Source of the DNA: Candidatus Kapaibacterium sp.
Lineage (GTDB): Bacteria > Bacteroidota > Ignavibacteria > Kapaibacteriales > HRBIN21
Reading direction: 5' to 3'
Length of the DNA: 64,000 nucleotides
Assembly: GCA_025059875.1 (NCBI GenBank)
Contig: JANXCT010000002.1
Coordinates: 87,910 to 151,909, forward strand
In this document: positions 10,968 to 24,400 of the stretch, piece by piece
How the letters are laid out: each line of letters starts with the position of its first letter
How positions within the stretch are numbered: the first letter of the stretch is position 1
The notes under the pieces: generated by a model
The model's input: the letters and a program-made list of their open reading frames with translations, nothing else
Told to the model about the DNA's origin: nothing
Database searches by the model: none
Program-made: the position numbers and the translations under genes

Positions 10968-11378
10968 CTACCCTGTCTTCGGAGCCGGAGAGGTTCCTTC
11001 TATCTCGCTGCGAAGGGCTTCGGAACTTGCCTGTACTGCTTCCCGAAGGCGTTCCGTAGTCGATGACACCCTTTCGCGTGCCTCTTGAATAGTCCGCTCA
11101 GCGCCTTTAAGAAGGGCACCGGCCTGTTCCTGTGCAGTCTGAACGATGGCCTGAGCCCGTTGCCGAGCTTCATTGAGCACTTCGGTGGCCTCCGCTGAAG
11201 TCTCGTCCAACAGCTTGCGTGCCTTCGTGTAGAGCTCTTCTGAGCGCCGACGGATATCGGCCCGTAGCTCGCGGCCGCTCTTCGGAGCAAGGAGCAGTGC
11301 TGTAATAGCTCCGACGAAGCTTCCAAGGAACACACCGGTCAAGAATCCTTGGAAGTATGCATTTCCCCGCTCGCCCAT
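10968..11378 (-). CDS. YtxH-domain protein
   Basis: G-x3-G-x3-G helix followed by LLAPKSGRELR, the hallmark of the YtxH family. Helical C-terminus. Confidence 0.65.
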   Translation of the reverse strand: MGERGNAYFQGFLTGVFLGSFVGAITALLLAPKSGRELRADIRRRSEELYTKARKLLDETSAEATEVLNEARQRAQAIVQTAQEQAGALLKGAERTIQEARERVSSTTERLREAVQASSEALRSEIEGTSPAPKTG

Positions 11379-11402
11379 GGTTGGTGTGGAGAGTAGTGAG
11401 AC

Positions 11403-11905
11403 CTACTTGCCAGCAATGATCTCCTCAGGATCCCAGCGCTGTACTTTGAGGGTTGACTCGCAGAACTCCCGAACGGCTCCATTTCCTTCAGGCTGTCGGC
11501 AGATGTATGAAACCTGCCAGCGTACTTCCGGTATAGCATCTGCTGGGCAAGATGAGATGCCGATAACTTGAAAGGCGGGAAGGTCGGTAAGATCATCACC
11601 GATGTAGACAACATCCTCCGGTTCAAGGGAGAGCATTTCAGCTACTTGCTAAACGGTAGCCGCCTCGTCGTCCACTCCTATTAAGCAGCAGGGGCTCCCG
11701 GCTTCTGGGCACGCACACTGATAGCGGGTGAGTCCTCTTGAGAGAGTGGAGCGACAGAGATCCCCACCAGCTGCACCGGGCGAATCCCCAAGCCGTCGTG
11801 GACGTGGAAACACCAGAGTACCTCACTTGAGGGCCAGGTAGCAGTAGAGTTTACCATTGGTGAGCGTCCCATCAATGCCTACGACGAGCAAGCGACACGC
11901 TATAG
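11403..11905 (-). pseudogene. kdsC: kdsC (Kdo-8-phosphate phosphatase, HAD family) disrupted by two frameshifts and one in-frame TAG
   Basis: Three fragments in different frames match KdsC in order: LLVVGIDGTLTNGKLY, then VLWCFHVHDGLGIRPVQLVGISVAPL, then CLIGVDDEAATV*QVAEMLSLEPEDVVYIGDDLTDLPAFQVIGISSCPADA...GNGAVREFCE. Frame changes lie near 11830 and 11695, and an amber codon near 11650. Confidence 0.6.
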
Positions 11906-11974
11906 TTTTGCGACTGGCTCTTCACTCTTAGTCTCTCTGGGCTGATATTGAGCTTTGCGAGGTAGCGGTGACGA

Positions 11975-12970
11975 ATGTCGGGTTCGAGGATTGCGATTCT
12001 GTTCCTGGCCGTTGGGATCATAGGTGTGGCGTGGAGCTGTGACACCGCACGCCATTCTCTTTCTAGAGTTACGAACAGCGACACTGCAGCGTCGGTAGAG
12101 ACTCCTCAGCCTTCATTCGACGCCGATCATGCCTACCAGCTCGTTGTACGTCAAGTAACCTTTGGGCCACGAGCCCCTGGCCTCCCTGGACATGACAGCT
12201 GCCGCATGTTCCTGGTAGAGTTCCTGAGGCAATATGCAGACACAGTATTCGAGCAACGCTTTTCCCGACAAGTCTACGGCAAGTTGCTGCAGTTAACCAA
12301 CGTTGGAGCCTCCTTCCGGCCTGAGCTCTCTAAGCGGGTACTCCTCTGTGCTCACTGGGACACGCGTCCATACGCAGATGAAGATCCAGATCCGCGAAAT
12401 CGGCAGCAACCAATTCTAGGAGCTAATGACGGTGCCAGTGGAGTTGCAGTGCTGCTGGAGATTGCCCGCATCTTAAAGCATCATCCTCCACCGGTTGGTA
12501 TAGACTTGCTCCTCTTAGATGGAGAAGACTACGGCAAGGCATCGGATCTAGAGAACTTCTGCTTAGGGTCCCAACATGCCGCCCAGAACTATCCGTTCCA
12601 GAGGTCCCCGACATGGGTGATTGTCGTTGACTTGGTGGGTGATCGAGAAGCGTGGTTCCCATGGGAAGAATACTCGTGGCACAGTGCACCCAACCTCTTG
12701 ATAAGCCTGTGGCAAAAGGGGGCTCGGTACTCCTCCACGATGTTTCGCAACGAACTTGTTGGACCGATCTACGACGATCACGTACCCTTTATTCAGAGAG
12801 GACACCGGGCCATCGTCATCATCGATGCTGAGCTCGTCGGCAATCGCTCTCCTAATCCTCGGCGCCGCTACTGGCATACCTTACGCGACACACCTGAGAA
12901 TATCTCCTCGGAAACCTTGCGCGTTGTTGGTCAGACACTGCTTGATTGGATTTACCAGACGCAATGGTAG
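11975..12970 (+). CDS. M28-family peptidase / glutaminyl-cyclase-like protein, probable lipoprotein
   Basis: Signal peptide with Cys (AWSCD). Motifs HWDTRPYADEDPD and GANDGASGVAVLLEIARIL typical of M28 / glutaminyl cyclase fold. Confidence 0.7.
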   Translation: MSGSRIAILFLAVGIIGVAWSCDTARHSLSRVTNSDTAASVETPQPSFDADHAYQLVVRQVTFGPRAPGLPGHDSCRMFLVEFLRQYADTVFEQRFSRQVYGKLLQLTNVGASFRPELSKRVLLCAHWDTRPYADEDPDPRNRQQPILGANDGASGVAVLLEIARILKHHPPPVGIDLLLLDGEDYGKASDLENFCLGSQHAAQNYPFQRSPTWVIVVDLVGDREAWFPWEEYSWHSAPNLLISLWQKGARYSSTMFRNELVGPIYDDHVPFIQRGHRAIVIIDAELVGNRSPNPRRRYWHTLRDTPENISSETLRVVGQTLLDWIYQTQW

Positions 12971-13815
12971 AGGACTTCATTAGCGTAGAGCTTCGGATTC
13001 CAGAGGAGTACCTTTCCATCGCCTACGGACTCCTTTCTCCCTTCCCCACTACTGGAATTGAGGAAGGAGAGGGATACTTGCGGGTCTACTTTCCTAGTTC
13101 CAGCTGGGAACGGATAGAAACCGCTTTCTACCACTCTATAGTGGGGCTACTACCTCCTGGCTGCGTGCATGCCGTCCATACTGTAGCATCGCGGGATTGG
13201 TATTCCCTGTGGGTGAGCCAGTTAGTTCCCGTGTGGCTCTCTGACGATATCGTTGTCCATCCTTTCCCGGAAGTCCCAACGCCATCGATGTACCCTACGG
13301 CTCGTGATATTCTGCATATTGTTCCTGGCACCGCATTCGGAACAGGCCATCATGCCAGCACTCGTCTAGCAGCCAAACTCCTCCTTCGTCATTTACTTCC
13401 CAACACAACTTGGTTAGATGTCGGTACGGGTACAGGAATTTTGGGGATCTTGGCGCTTCGGCGTGGGGCAGCTTGTGTATATGCGATTGATAACAATCCG
13501 TTTGCTCTACAGCAGGCCCGTGATAACGCACTGCGTAATCGCGTAGTGGACAGGTTTCTCCTCATGTCAGGTGATGTTGAGACCTTCGGCCTTCCCAAAG
13601 TAGATGGGATTGTGGCTAACCTCGATGCCGAGCTCTTGTACCGGCTAGCGCCGAAATTTAACGGGGTCCTACCACAAGGTGGAGTTGCTGTCATGAGTGG
13701 AATCCTTGTAGTTAGCGCGGAAAGAATTTGTAGGAGGTTTGAGGAATTTGAGTTCGAAGTCGTTGAAAAAGAGTTAGAAAACGATTGGATAGCCTTTGCC
13801 TTCCGTAAGCAGTGA
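12964..13815 (+). CDS. prmA: Ribosomal protein L11 methyltransferase
   Basis: GTAFGTGHHASTRLAAKLL and DVGTGTGILGI SAM motifs. ATG at 12964 overlaps the upstream stop. Confidence 0.8.
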   Translation: MVEDFISVELRIPEEYLSIAYGLLSPFPTTGIEEGEGYLRVYFPSSSWERIETAFYHSIVGLLPPGCVHAVHTVASRDWYSLWVSQLVPVWLSDDIVVHPFPEVPTPSMYPTARDILHIVPGTAFGTGHHASTRLAAKLLLRHLLPNTTWLDVGTGTGILGILALRRGAACVYAIDNNPFALQQARDNALRNRVVDRFLLMSGDVETFGLPKVDGIVANLDAELLYRLAPKFNGVLPQGGVAVMSGILVVSAERICRRFEEFEFEVVEKELENDWIAFAFRKQ

Positions 13816-14786
13816 TGGGGTGTTGGGCTGTATTAGATATGGGAACGAACACTTTTTTGTTGCTGGTTGCGAAATGGGATGCGGCTGAACAGCACCTGAG
13901 CGTGTTGGAGGACCGAGTTGCTGTCGTTCGCCTCGGCGAGAATGTAGCCCGAACTGGCAGGATTCGGGAAAGCAGCATAGAGAGGGCAATCGAAGTAGTC
14001 AAGTTTTACAACAACTTATGCTTAATTCGCCAAGTTGCTCTCATTTGGATGGTAGGTACGGAAGTGTTTCGGCGATCGCTCAATGCCATTGATGTCGTTG
14101 AGAAACTGAGGAAATATTTTACAGCGCCCTCATCAGTTGTGATACTTTCCCCAGCAGAAGAAGCTAGGCTGAGTCTCTATGGCGCTGTTTTTGGTGATTT
14201 CCCAGATGGGCCTATCACCGTGGTAGACATCGGCGGGGGTAGCACTGAGATTGTTTACGGAAGTAGAATGGAAATCAATAGCTTTGTCTCGATCCCGATA
14301 GGTGCAGTATGGCTACAGGAGCACATAGACGCTAAGGGCTGGGACATCCAAGAATCTATGAGTTTTGTCAGCGATATCTTGCGGAAGTGGCTTCCTCCTA
14401 TTCCCCAACTACCGGGACACGCATATGCTGTAGCTGGCACACCTATAACTCTTGCTGGGCTTCTGGCAGGCCTCCCCTACCAGCGCTGGTGGGAGGTGCA
14501 TGGTGCACTGTTGACCCGCCACGAGGTTACATGTTTACTTCAGTGGCTCTGGAATACTCCGATAGAAGAAAGGCGCCGCCATCCCGCTATCCATCCACAA
14601 CGGGCCGATATACTCCCGGGCGGTACCCTGATCTTAGCAGCCATCATGGAAGCCCTTCAACTCTCTGCAGTTCGTGTCAGCATTTATGGGCTTCGATACG
14701 GAGCGCTATACGAAAAGCTGAAAGATTGGGAAGGAGTAGATATTGCCAGGTTGGGCAGCCTCAAGGTAAGCTATGGGCCTCGATCG

Positions 14787-14792
<6 letters not shown>
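13815..14792 (+). CDS. ppx: Ppx/GppA-family phosphatase (exopolyphosphatase / guanosine pentaphosphate phosphohydrolase)
   Basis: N-terminal VLDMGTNTFLLLVA actin-like ATPase fold motif and VDIGGGSTE. Start overlaps the prmA stop (TGATG). Confidence 0.75.
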
Positions 14793-18341
<3,549 letters not shown>

Positions 18342-18440
18342 CGCTATCTGGAATCAACGGTTCTAACACGCCCGGAGCTAAAAGACGGACGTTACCAGAG
18401 TATAGTCCTAGCATAGCACGCGCGCCGCTGTTGGGGGTCC

Positions 18441-18457
18441 TAACTTTCCTAACTTTG
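18441..18457 (+). promoter_or_regulatory. Duplicated Bacteroidetes-type -7 promoter box (TAACTTTC / TAACTTTG, consensus TAnnTTTG) upstream of the ompA-like gene
   Basis: The tandem tcctaactttcctaactttg lies about 27 nt upstream of ATG 18484, in the divergent sucA/ompA intergenic region. Confidence 0.35.
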
Positions 18458-18483
18458 TCGAGGAGTTGGGTAGCAGGAGTTTC

Positions 18484-20376
18484 ATGGTGATAGTTGTTGC
18501 AGCCGCCGTTGCGCTAGGATGGCTTGGGGGAACGGCGCTACAGGCTCAGATGTCCCTATCCCTCCGTGCAGCCCTTCTTCAGACATGGCATGCTGCAGAG
18601 CTCAGAAGTACCTCTGGCATTGTTGACTGCGGGACCTTTCGGTCCGGTTCAGGACAAGGTTGGGGTGCTGCAGTTGGGGTAGAGTTCCCTGTCCTCTCCC
18701 CGCTGCGAGTAGAGCTTTCCGCCCTGCTGAGCCAGCGGGGGGGCACACTGGTTACCCAGACTACCTTCCCAATACGGGATACGGTGACGGGTGATGTCCT
18801 TGATGTCACAACCGAAGCCCAGCTGGAGAGCCGATGGCTTGTCGGAGAGCTCCAGCCAGCCCTTGTCCTCCCAGTTGGAAGGCGTTTTCGAGCAGTTCTT
18901 GGCGGTCGCATCGGGCTGCCGCTCGTTGCACGCTTTCGCCAAGTTGAGCACATCCGATCTCCAGACACCGTGCTGTTTCTGATGCCCGACGGACGACGTC
19001 TACGGACTCGGCTCCTCGCAGAAGGAACCTTCTCTCCCCTGCTCGTTCCTCACGTAGGACTGACGGCTGGGTTGGAGCATTCGGTCTCCATCGGAGCAAG
19101 TATCCGATGGCTACAGCGGGCTGTCGTAGAGTACAACCTCACCAGTTTCCTACTCGATGCACGATGGCGGCCCTGGTCAGCGCGAGCGGAGACAGGGATT
19201 CGCCTTGAGATTCCTTTATCTTCGCCTCTACCTGTACCTCCTTTACTACCTCCTTCTCCACCTCCGCCTCCCCGCCCTGAGCCGCCGTTGTTGTCGCTCC
19301 AGCCCGCAGAGATTACGGGTTACGTGCGGACGGGATATGAGTTACTGGCTACACCACCGATTGTCACAGCGGTCTTCTTCGAGCACGACTCTGCCCGTGT
19401 CCCTGAGCGATACGTACGGCGTAATGTCCCGCTGGAGGAGATCTTCAGCCTAGACCCGCTGACAGCACACCGCTATGTGCTCCCGTACGTTGCAGAAGTC
19501 TTGCGCCGCAATCCTGCAGCTCAGGTGGTGCTGGAGGGTGCAACGTCAGCAGAGGATGAGTCCGGAGGAGAGGAGCTTGCTCGACAGCGGTGTGAGGCTG
19601 TCTCACAAGCTCTCCAAGCCCTTGGGGTTCCTGCAGGGCGGATCAGCACGAGATGGCGCCTGCTGCCGCGAGTTCCTTCTAACCCCGCGTATCCAGAGGG
19701 GCGGGCTGAGAATCGGCGGGTGGATATCGTCATCCAGAATGCTGCCTCGATAGAGTACGTGCGACAACAGTTGTTCAGCGAGTTCGTAGGGGTGGCACGC
19801 CTGCGTATTGATTGCCGCAGTTTCGATGAAAGAGCTAGCCTTGAGCTTCGAGCGTCGTGCAGTGATACCCTGCTACGCTTGCCGTGCCATGATGGTGTTG
19901 TTGAGCTCCCCCTACAGTGCCGCCTCCCTGCTGAGAGTCCGGGGCTACCACTCGTTGTCTCAGCCACGGTTCCATCAGCAGGCACTGCCACAGATGCCCA
20001 TATGGAGCTAGCGCTACAGGAGTATCCTCGCGATAGTGTCCTTCTCGATACACGGCGCTTTCGGGCAATCCTCCGCTTTGACTACAACAGCTCAGTCCTA
20101 ACCTCGGAGGTAGAGGAACGTTTGAGGCAACTGGTAGCCATCCTTCCTCGACAGGCCCGCGTGAGGATTTACGGCAGTAGCGACGCGCTTGGCACAGAGC
20201 GCCGGAATGTCGAGCTCACGGCCGAGCGTGCTCAGCGAACGGCGGAGTTCCTCCGCCGTCTTGCTCCGGGACTGCAGGTCCAGACACTGCCGCTGCCAGC
20301 GGCTCGCAAGTTCCCAGAAGACCTCCCCGAGGGGCGTTTCCTGAACCGCTCTATTTGGGTAGAAGTCGAACTGTGA
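18484..20376 (+). CDS. Outer-membrane protein with two OmpA-like peptidoglycan-binding domains and a polyproline linker
   Basis: Signal peptide (MVIVVAAAVALGWLGGTALQAQ). Two OmpA-like C-terminal modules (…GRAENRRVDIVI and …GRFLNRSIWVEVEL). PLPVPPLLPPSPPPPPRPEPP linker. The listed ORF starts at an upstream TTG, and I preferred the ATG at 18484. Confidence 0.7.
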   Translation: MVIVVAAAVALGWLGGTALQAQMSLSLRAALLQTWHAAELRSTSGIVDCGTFRSGSGQGWGAAVGVEFPVLSPLRVELSALLSQRGGTLVTQTTFPIRDTVTGDVLDVTTEAQLESRWLVGELQPALVLPVGRRFRAVLGGRIGLPLVARFRQVEHIRSPDTVLFLMPDGRRLRTRLLAEGTFSPLLVPHVGLTAGLEHSVSIGASIRWLQRAVVEYNLTSFLLDARWRPWSARAETGIRLEIPLSSPLPVPPLLPPSPPPPPRPEPPLLSLQPAEITGYVRTGYELLATPPIVTAVFFEHDSARVPERYVRRNVPLEEIFSLDPLTAHRYVLPYVAEVLRRNPAAQVVLEGATSAEDESGGEELARQRCEAVSQALQALGVPAGRISTRWRLLPRVPSNPAYPEGRAENRRVDIVIQNAASIEYVRQQLFSEFVGVARLRIDCRSFDERASLELRASCSDTLLRLPCHDGVVELPLQCRLPAESPGLPLVVSATVPSAGTATDAHMELALQEYPRDSVLLDTRRFRAILRFDYNSSVLTSEVEERLRQLVAILPRQARVRIYGSSDALGTERRNVELTAERAQRTAEFLRRLAPGLQVQTLPLPAARKFPEDLPEGRFLNRSIWVEVEL

Positions 20377-20427
20377 AGCTAGGCAGTTCAGGGATAGAGT
20401 TTGTTGTAGAAGTCCCGCGGAGAGTAC

Positions 20428-21147
20428 ATGGAGCTCCGGGTTGCGTTCTCAAAGGCGAGCGGTGAGCCGAAGTATAGGAACTACGTCGAGTGGCTTTACC
20501 GGGTGATTCCTGAGATGGTGGCTGTGGATATTTCCGCTGTGCAAGACCCCGTAGAGGCTTTACAGGAGTGTGCTGGGCTCGTGCTGACTGGGGGGCCAGA
20601 CATCGCACCCTACCGCTATGGCCGACCGGAATACGCTCCGCTGTGTACGGAGACCCCGGACGAGGAGCGGGATGAGCTGGAGCTGAGAGCCATCCAGCAG
20701 GCAGTTGAGCTCAAGATGCCAATCCTGGCTATCTGCCGCGGAGCTCAGGTCCTCAACGTCGCCTTCGGCGGGACCTTGATTGCTGACCTACCAACTCAGC
20801 GTCAGACCCCGGTTACCCACTGGAAAGTGGAGGGCAAAGACTCTATCCACGACGTCACCGTGCTACCAGCAACGCTCCTCTGGAAGTACACCCATGTAGA
20901 GCAGTCCGAAGTTGCCAGCGCCCATCACCAAGCGGTTGAAGAACTAGCTCCCGTCTTCATGCCCTCTGCCCTTGCTCCAGATGGGGTTGTAGAGGCCTTC
21001 GAGTGGGCCAATCCAGAAGACCGAGGCTTCCTAATTGCTGTGCAGTGGCATCCGGAGCGGATGCCATGGGAGAACCCTCTATCGTCGGCCCTTGCGGAAC
21101 GCTTTGCGCTAGAGGTAGAGAGCTATGCCCGGCTCTTCCGCTGCTGA
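20428..21147 (+). CDS. Class I glutamine amidotransferase-like hydrolase (peptidase C26 / gamma-glutamyl-GABA hydrolase family)
   Basis: ILAICRGAQVLNVAFGGTL (catalytic Cys) and VQWHPE (His) motifs. Confidence 0.7.
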   Translation: MELRVAFSKASGEPKYRNYVEWLYRVIPEMVAVDISAVQDPVEALQECAGLVLTGGPDIAPYRYGRPEYAPLCTETPDEERDELELRAIQQAVELKMPILAICRGAQVLNVAFGGTLIADLPTQRQTPVTHWKVEGKDSIHDVTVLPATLLWKYTHVEQSEVASAHHQAVEELAPVFMPSALAPDGVVEAFEWANPEDRGFLIAVQWHPERMPWENPLSSALAERFALEVESYARLFRC

Positions 21148-21207
21148 TCCGGACGGGATGTCGAGGATATGGGTCCAGCTTTGTATTTTTGCGTCCGGCA
21201 AGCGAAT

Positions 21208-21280
<73 letters not shown>

Positions 21281-21321
21281 CAGCGACGCGAGTCGCCACT
21301 TCCTCTCTATGCTGCATGCCT

Positions 21322-21356
21322 TGCCATCGCCTTCCCCAGATGGCAGGGCATTTTTT
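21322..21356 (+). terminator. Putative intrinsic terminator after tRNA-Gly
   Basis: Inverted repeat GCCATC...GATGGC followed by cagggcaTTTTTTTa. Confidence 0.35.
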
Positions 21357-21462
21357 TACACGAAGCCTATAGTTCGGTCGTTTTAGGAAGCCAGCAAAGT
21401 GAGACAGCCATGGGTGGAGCGATAGGCGACAGTGACGGTGTTCGATAGCCTCTCTGCTCTCC

Positions 21463-24400
21463 ATGCGATATTGGCCGGTATGGTGGTGTGCTATCCTCTT
21501 CAGCGTGGGAACTAATGCCGGAGGGCAGCATCCGGGTGTCAAAGTCATCCTCTCCTCGACGGAGGAGCTTCGGTTTACCTATCACCCAGTGCAGGGGGTT
21601 CCAAAGCACGGTATTCCGGCATTTTTGAGCATCCAAGCAGCAGAGCTGCGTGGGAGATCGTCGGAGGATTGGGTGGTTCCAGTCGTTGAGTTCCCGATTA
21701 CAGTTCCAGGGCCGGATGCACTCGGCGGTATAGAGATACTCAGGGTTGAGAGCTCACGCTCCCAAGGACTGCCGCCAACAGTTCGTGAACTAGCCCTACG
21801 CTGGGGCGGGTCACTGCTAATGGGTCCCGTGCCGGAGCGATGGGCAGAGCTCGTCTACGGCGGCGTAGCTCGGGACCGACATGTGGGGTACGTCCGCTTG
21901 CGTTGTGCTCTTCCCGTTCCTGAGCTTGGGGTGACGGAGGTCCTTCGGGGTATAGAGGTCCGGGTTCGGTTCCTTCCTGAGCGCGCTGTCCCACCACCGA
22001 ACTGGTTGGGGTTAAGGGAACGCCTAGGGATTCGGTGGACGCTGAATGATGAAGTTGCTCATAGCTGGTATGCCAGCGTAGCTGTTCCGCAAGGGCAACG
22101 AGTCGTCCTACAGGGGTGGAGAGAGCTCTCCTCTGGGACATGGCTTCGAGTTAAGGTGCGGGAGGAGGGAGTCTACCGAATTACGGCCGAGCAGCTCCGT
22201 CAGCTCGGTATTCAGATTGCTCCAAACGACATCCCGACACTGAAGCTGTTCGGTACAGGTGGGGAACCGCTGCCGGAGGCTGTTGCCACAGCGTTGGAAG
22301 AGCACGTTGTGGAACAGCCCATTGTGGTCCGCACAACGGCTGATGGACAGCTCTCGGAGATCATCTTCTATGGGGCTGCACCATCAGGCTTTCGGTATCG
22401 AGCCGGAGAGTTTGAGCACTTCGTGAACCCTTACACTGATGCCAACGTCTACCTGCTGACCTGGGGCGGAGGGCCAGGGTTGCGTGCTACGCCCCTCCCA
22501 CCCCCTGCAGCGGACAGTATCTACCGCCCGAGCTCTTTTACCGCTCGACTGTTTCGGGAGGAGGAGCTCTATAACCCCTTCACACTTCCATCAGGGCAGG
22601 ATTGGTTTGGACAGATTGTCGACCCTTCACTCCCAGTGGTCCTCACTACCCCATTGCCGGGATTGGAGCGATCGGGGAAGGTGCGCTATCGGTTCGTCGT
22701 CGTCAATCGTGCAGCGGTACTGGCCCGGTTCCGCGTCTTCGAGAGAGAACGGATGCTATGGGAAGGGAGCCTGCGTGCCACGGCTGGTTACACCGAAGCC
22801 GTAGCCACTGCTCCCATCACAGTGGAAATCCCAGCAGAGCTACTGGCTAGGGAGGAACGCAGTGTGCTTCGGTTCGTCTATACTCCACAGTCAGGCTCAG
22901 GCTTTGGGCACATTGATTGGGTTGAGATCCACTATCCTCGCCGCTTCGCTGCCCACAACGATGTTTTGGAAGTCTTCACTGAGCCTCAGTGGGAAGGTGT
23001 GATTGAGATTAGCATCCCTGGCTTTTCAGACAGGGAGGTTTGGGGCTTTGATGTCACAGACCGGCGCCGTCCACTCCTACTACAGAACTTAGCCCACTCC
23101 TCCGGTACCTTCGTCTTCCGGACCTCCCAAGAGCGCAACCGGCCACGCCGCTTCTTTCTGAGCGCTCGGTTGCTGAGTCCCGAAATCGAGCGGACACAGG
23201 TCGCGGGATTGCGTGACCGTCGTCGAGGAGTGCCATTGGTGATCATCACCCACCCTGCCCTCCAGCAATCTGCTGAGGAATACCGACGCTACCGTGAAGC
23301 TACCGGGCTCCAAGGGATCGTCGTCACTGTGGATGCTATTGCGAATGAGTTCGCAGCAGGGATTGCTGATCCAACGGCTGTGAGGAACTTCTTGACGTTT
23401 GCCCTAACTGCATGGCAGCCTCCGCCGCTCTTTGTCCTCCTCTGGGGAGACGGTCACCACGACTACAAGAACGTCTCAACCCAACAGCCCAACTACGTGC
23501 TAACGTACCAATCCCACATCCCTCAGACCGGCTCGCTCGATGGGCAAATCGTCTACAACGCCATCTTGAGCTACACCACGGACGACTACTACACCTGGCT
23601 TGTAGGTGAGGACCCGCTGCCAGATATCGCCTTGGGCCGAATCCCTATAACTTCCGACGCTGAGGGCCGGTGGATGGTGGATAAAATCCGGAGCTACGAG
23701 CAACGTTCAGCCCCGGGTATCTGGCGGACTACCATCACGCTCGTTGCTGACGACGGACCAACCAGCGGCGGAAGCGACTATACGCTGCACACTGGGCAGA
23801 GTGAGGACCTCAGTCGTCAATTGCCAGCTTTCCTCATCCAGCGGAAGCTCTATCTCGCGGAGTACCCAACAGAGAATGTTCCTGGGGGACGCCGTAAGCC
23901 CAGAGTGACTCAGGACTTGGTAGCATCGGTTAATGCTGGCACAATCCTCCTCAACTGGATCGGTCACGGCAATCCTCGCCTCTGGGCCCACGAACAGGTG
24001 CTAGAGCGAGAGACGACCATTCCACTCTTCCGGAATGCCGACCGGCTCTTCTTCTTGACAGCTGCGACATGTGATTTTGCTCGCTTCGACAATCCGCAGG
24101 TCCCGAGCGGTGCGGAGGCGATGGTACTAAGCCGCTCCGGTGGAGCCATCGGAGTATTTGCTGCATCGCGGCTGGTCTACCCTACCCCGAACGCTGCGAT
24201 TATGAGCCATTTCTACCGTCTACTCTTCCAGCGCCAACCGGACAGTTCTTTCGCTCCCCTAGGGCTTGTCCATATGGCAACAAAGCTGCAGCAGTTCGAT
24301 GCCCTCAACGACCGCAAGTATGTCCTACTGGCAGATCCCACCCTTCGACTCCTCTTCCCCACCGGCTGGCTTAGTGTCGACTCCGTCAACGGGAGGGCTG

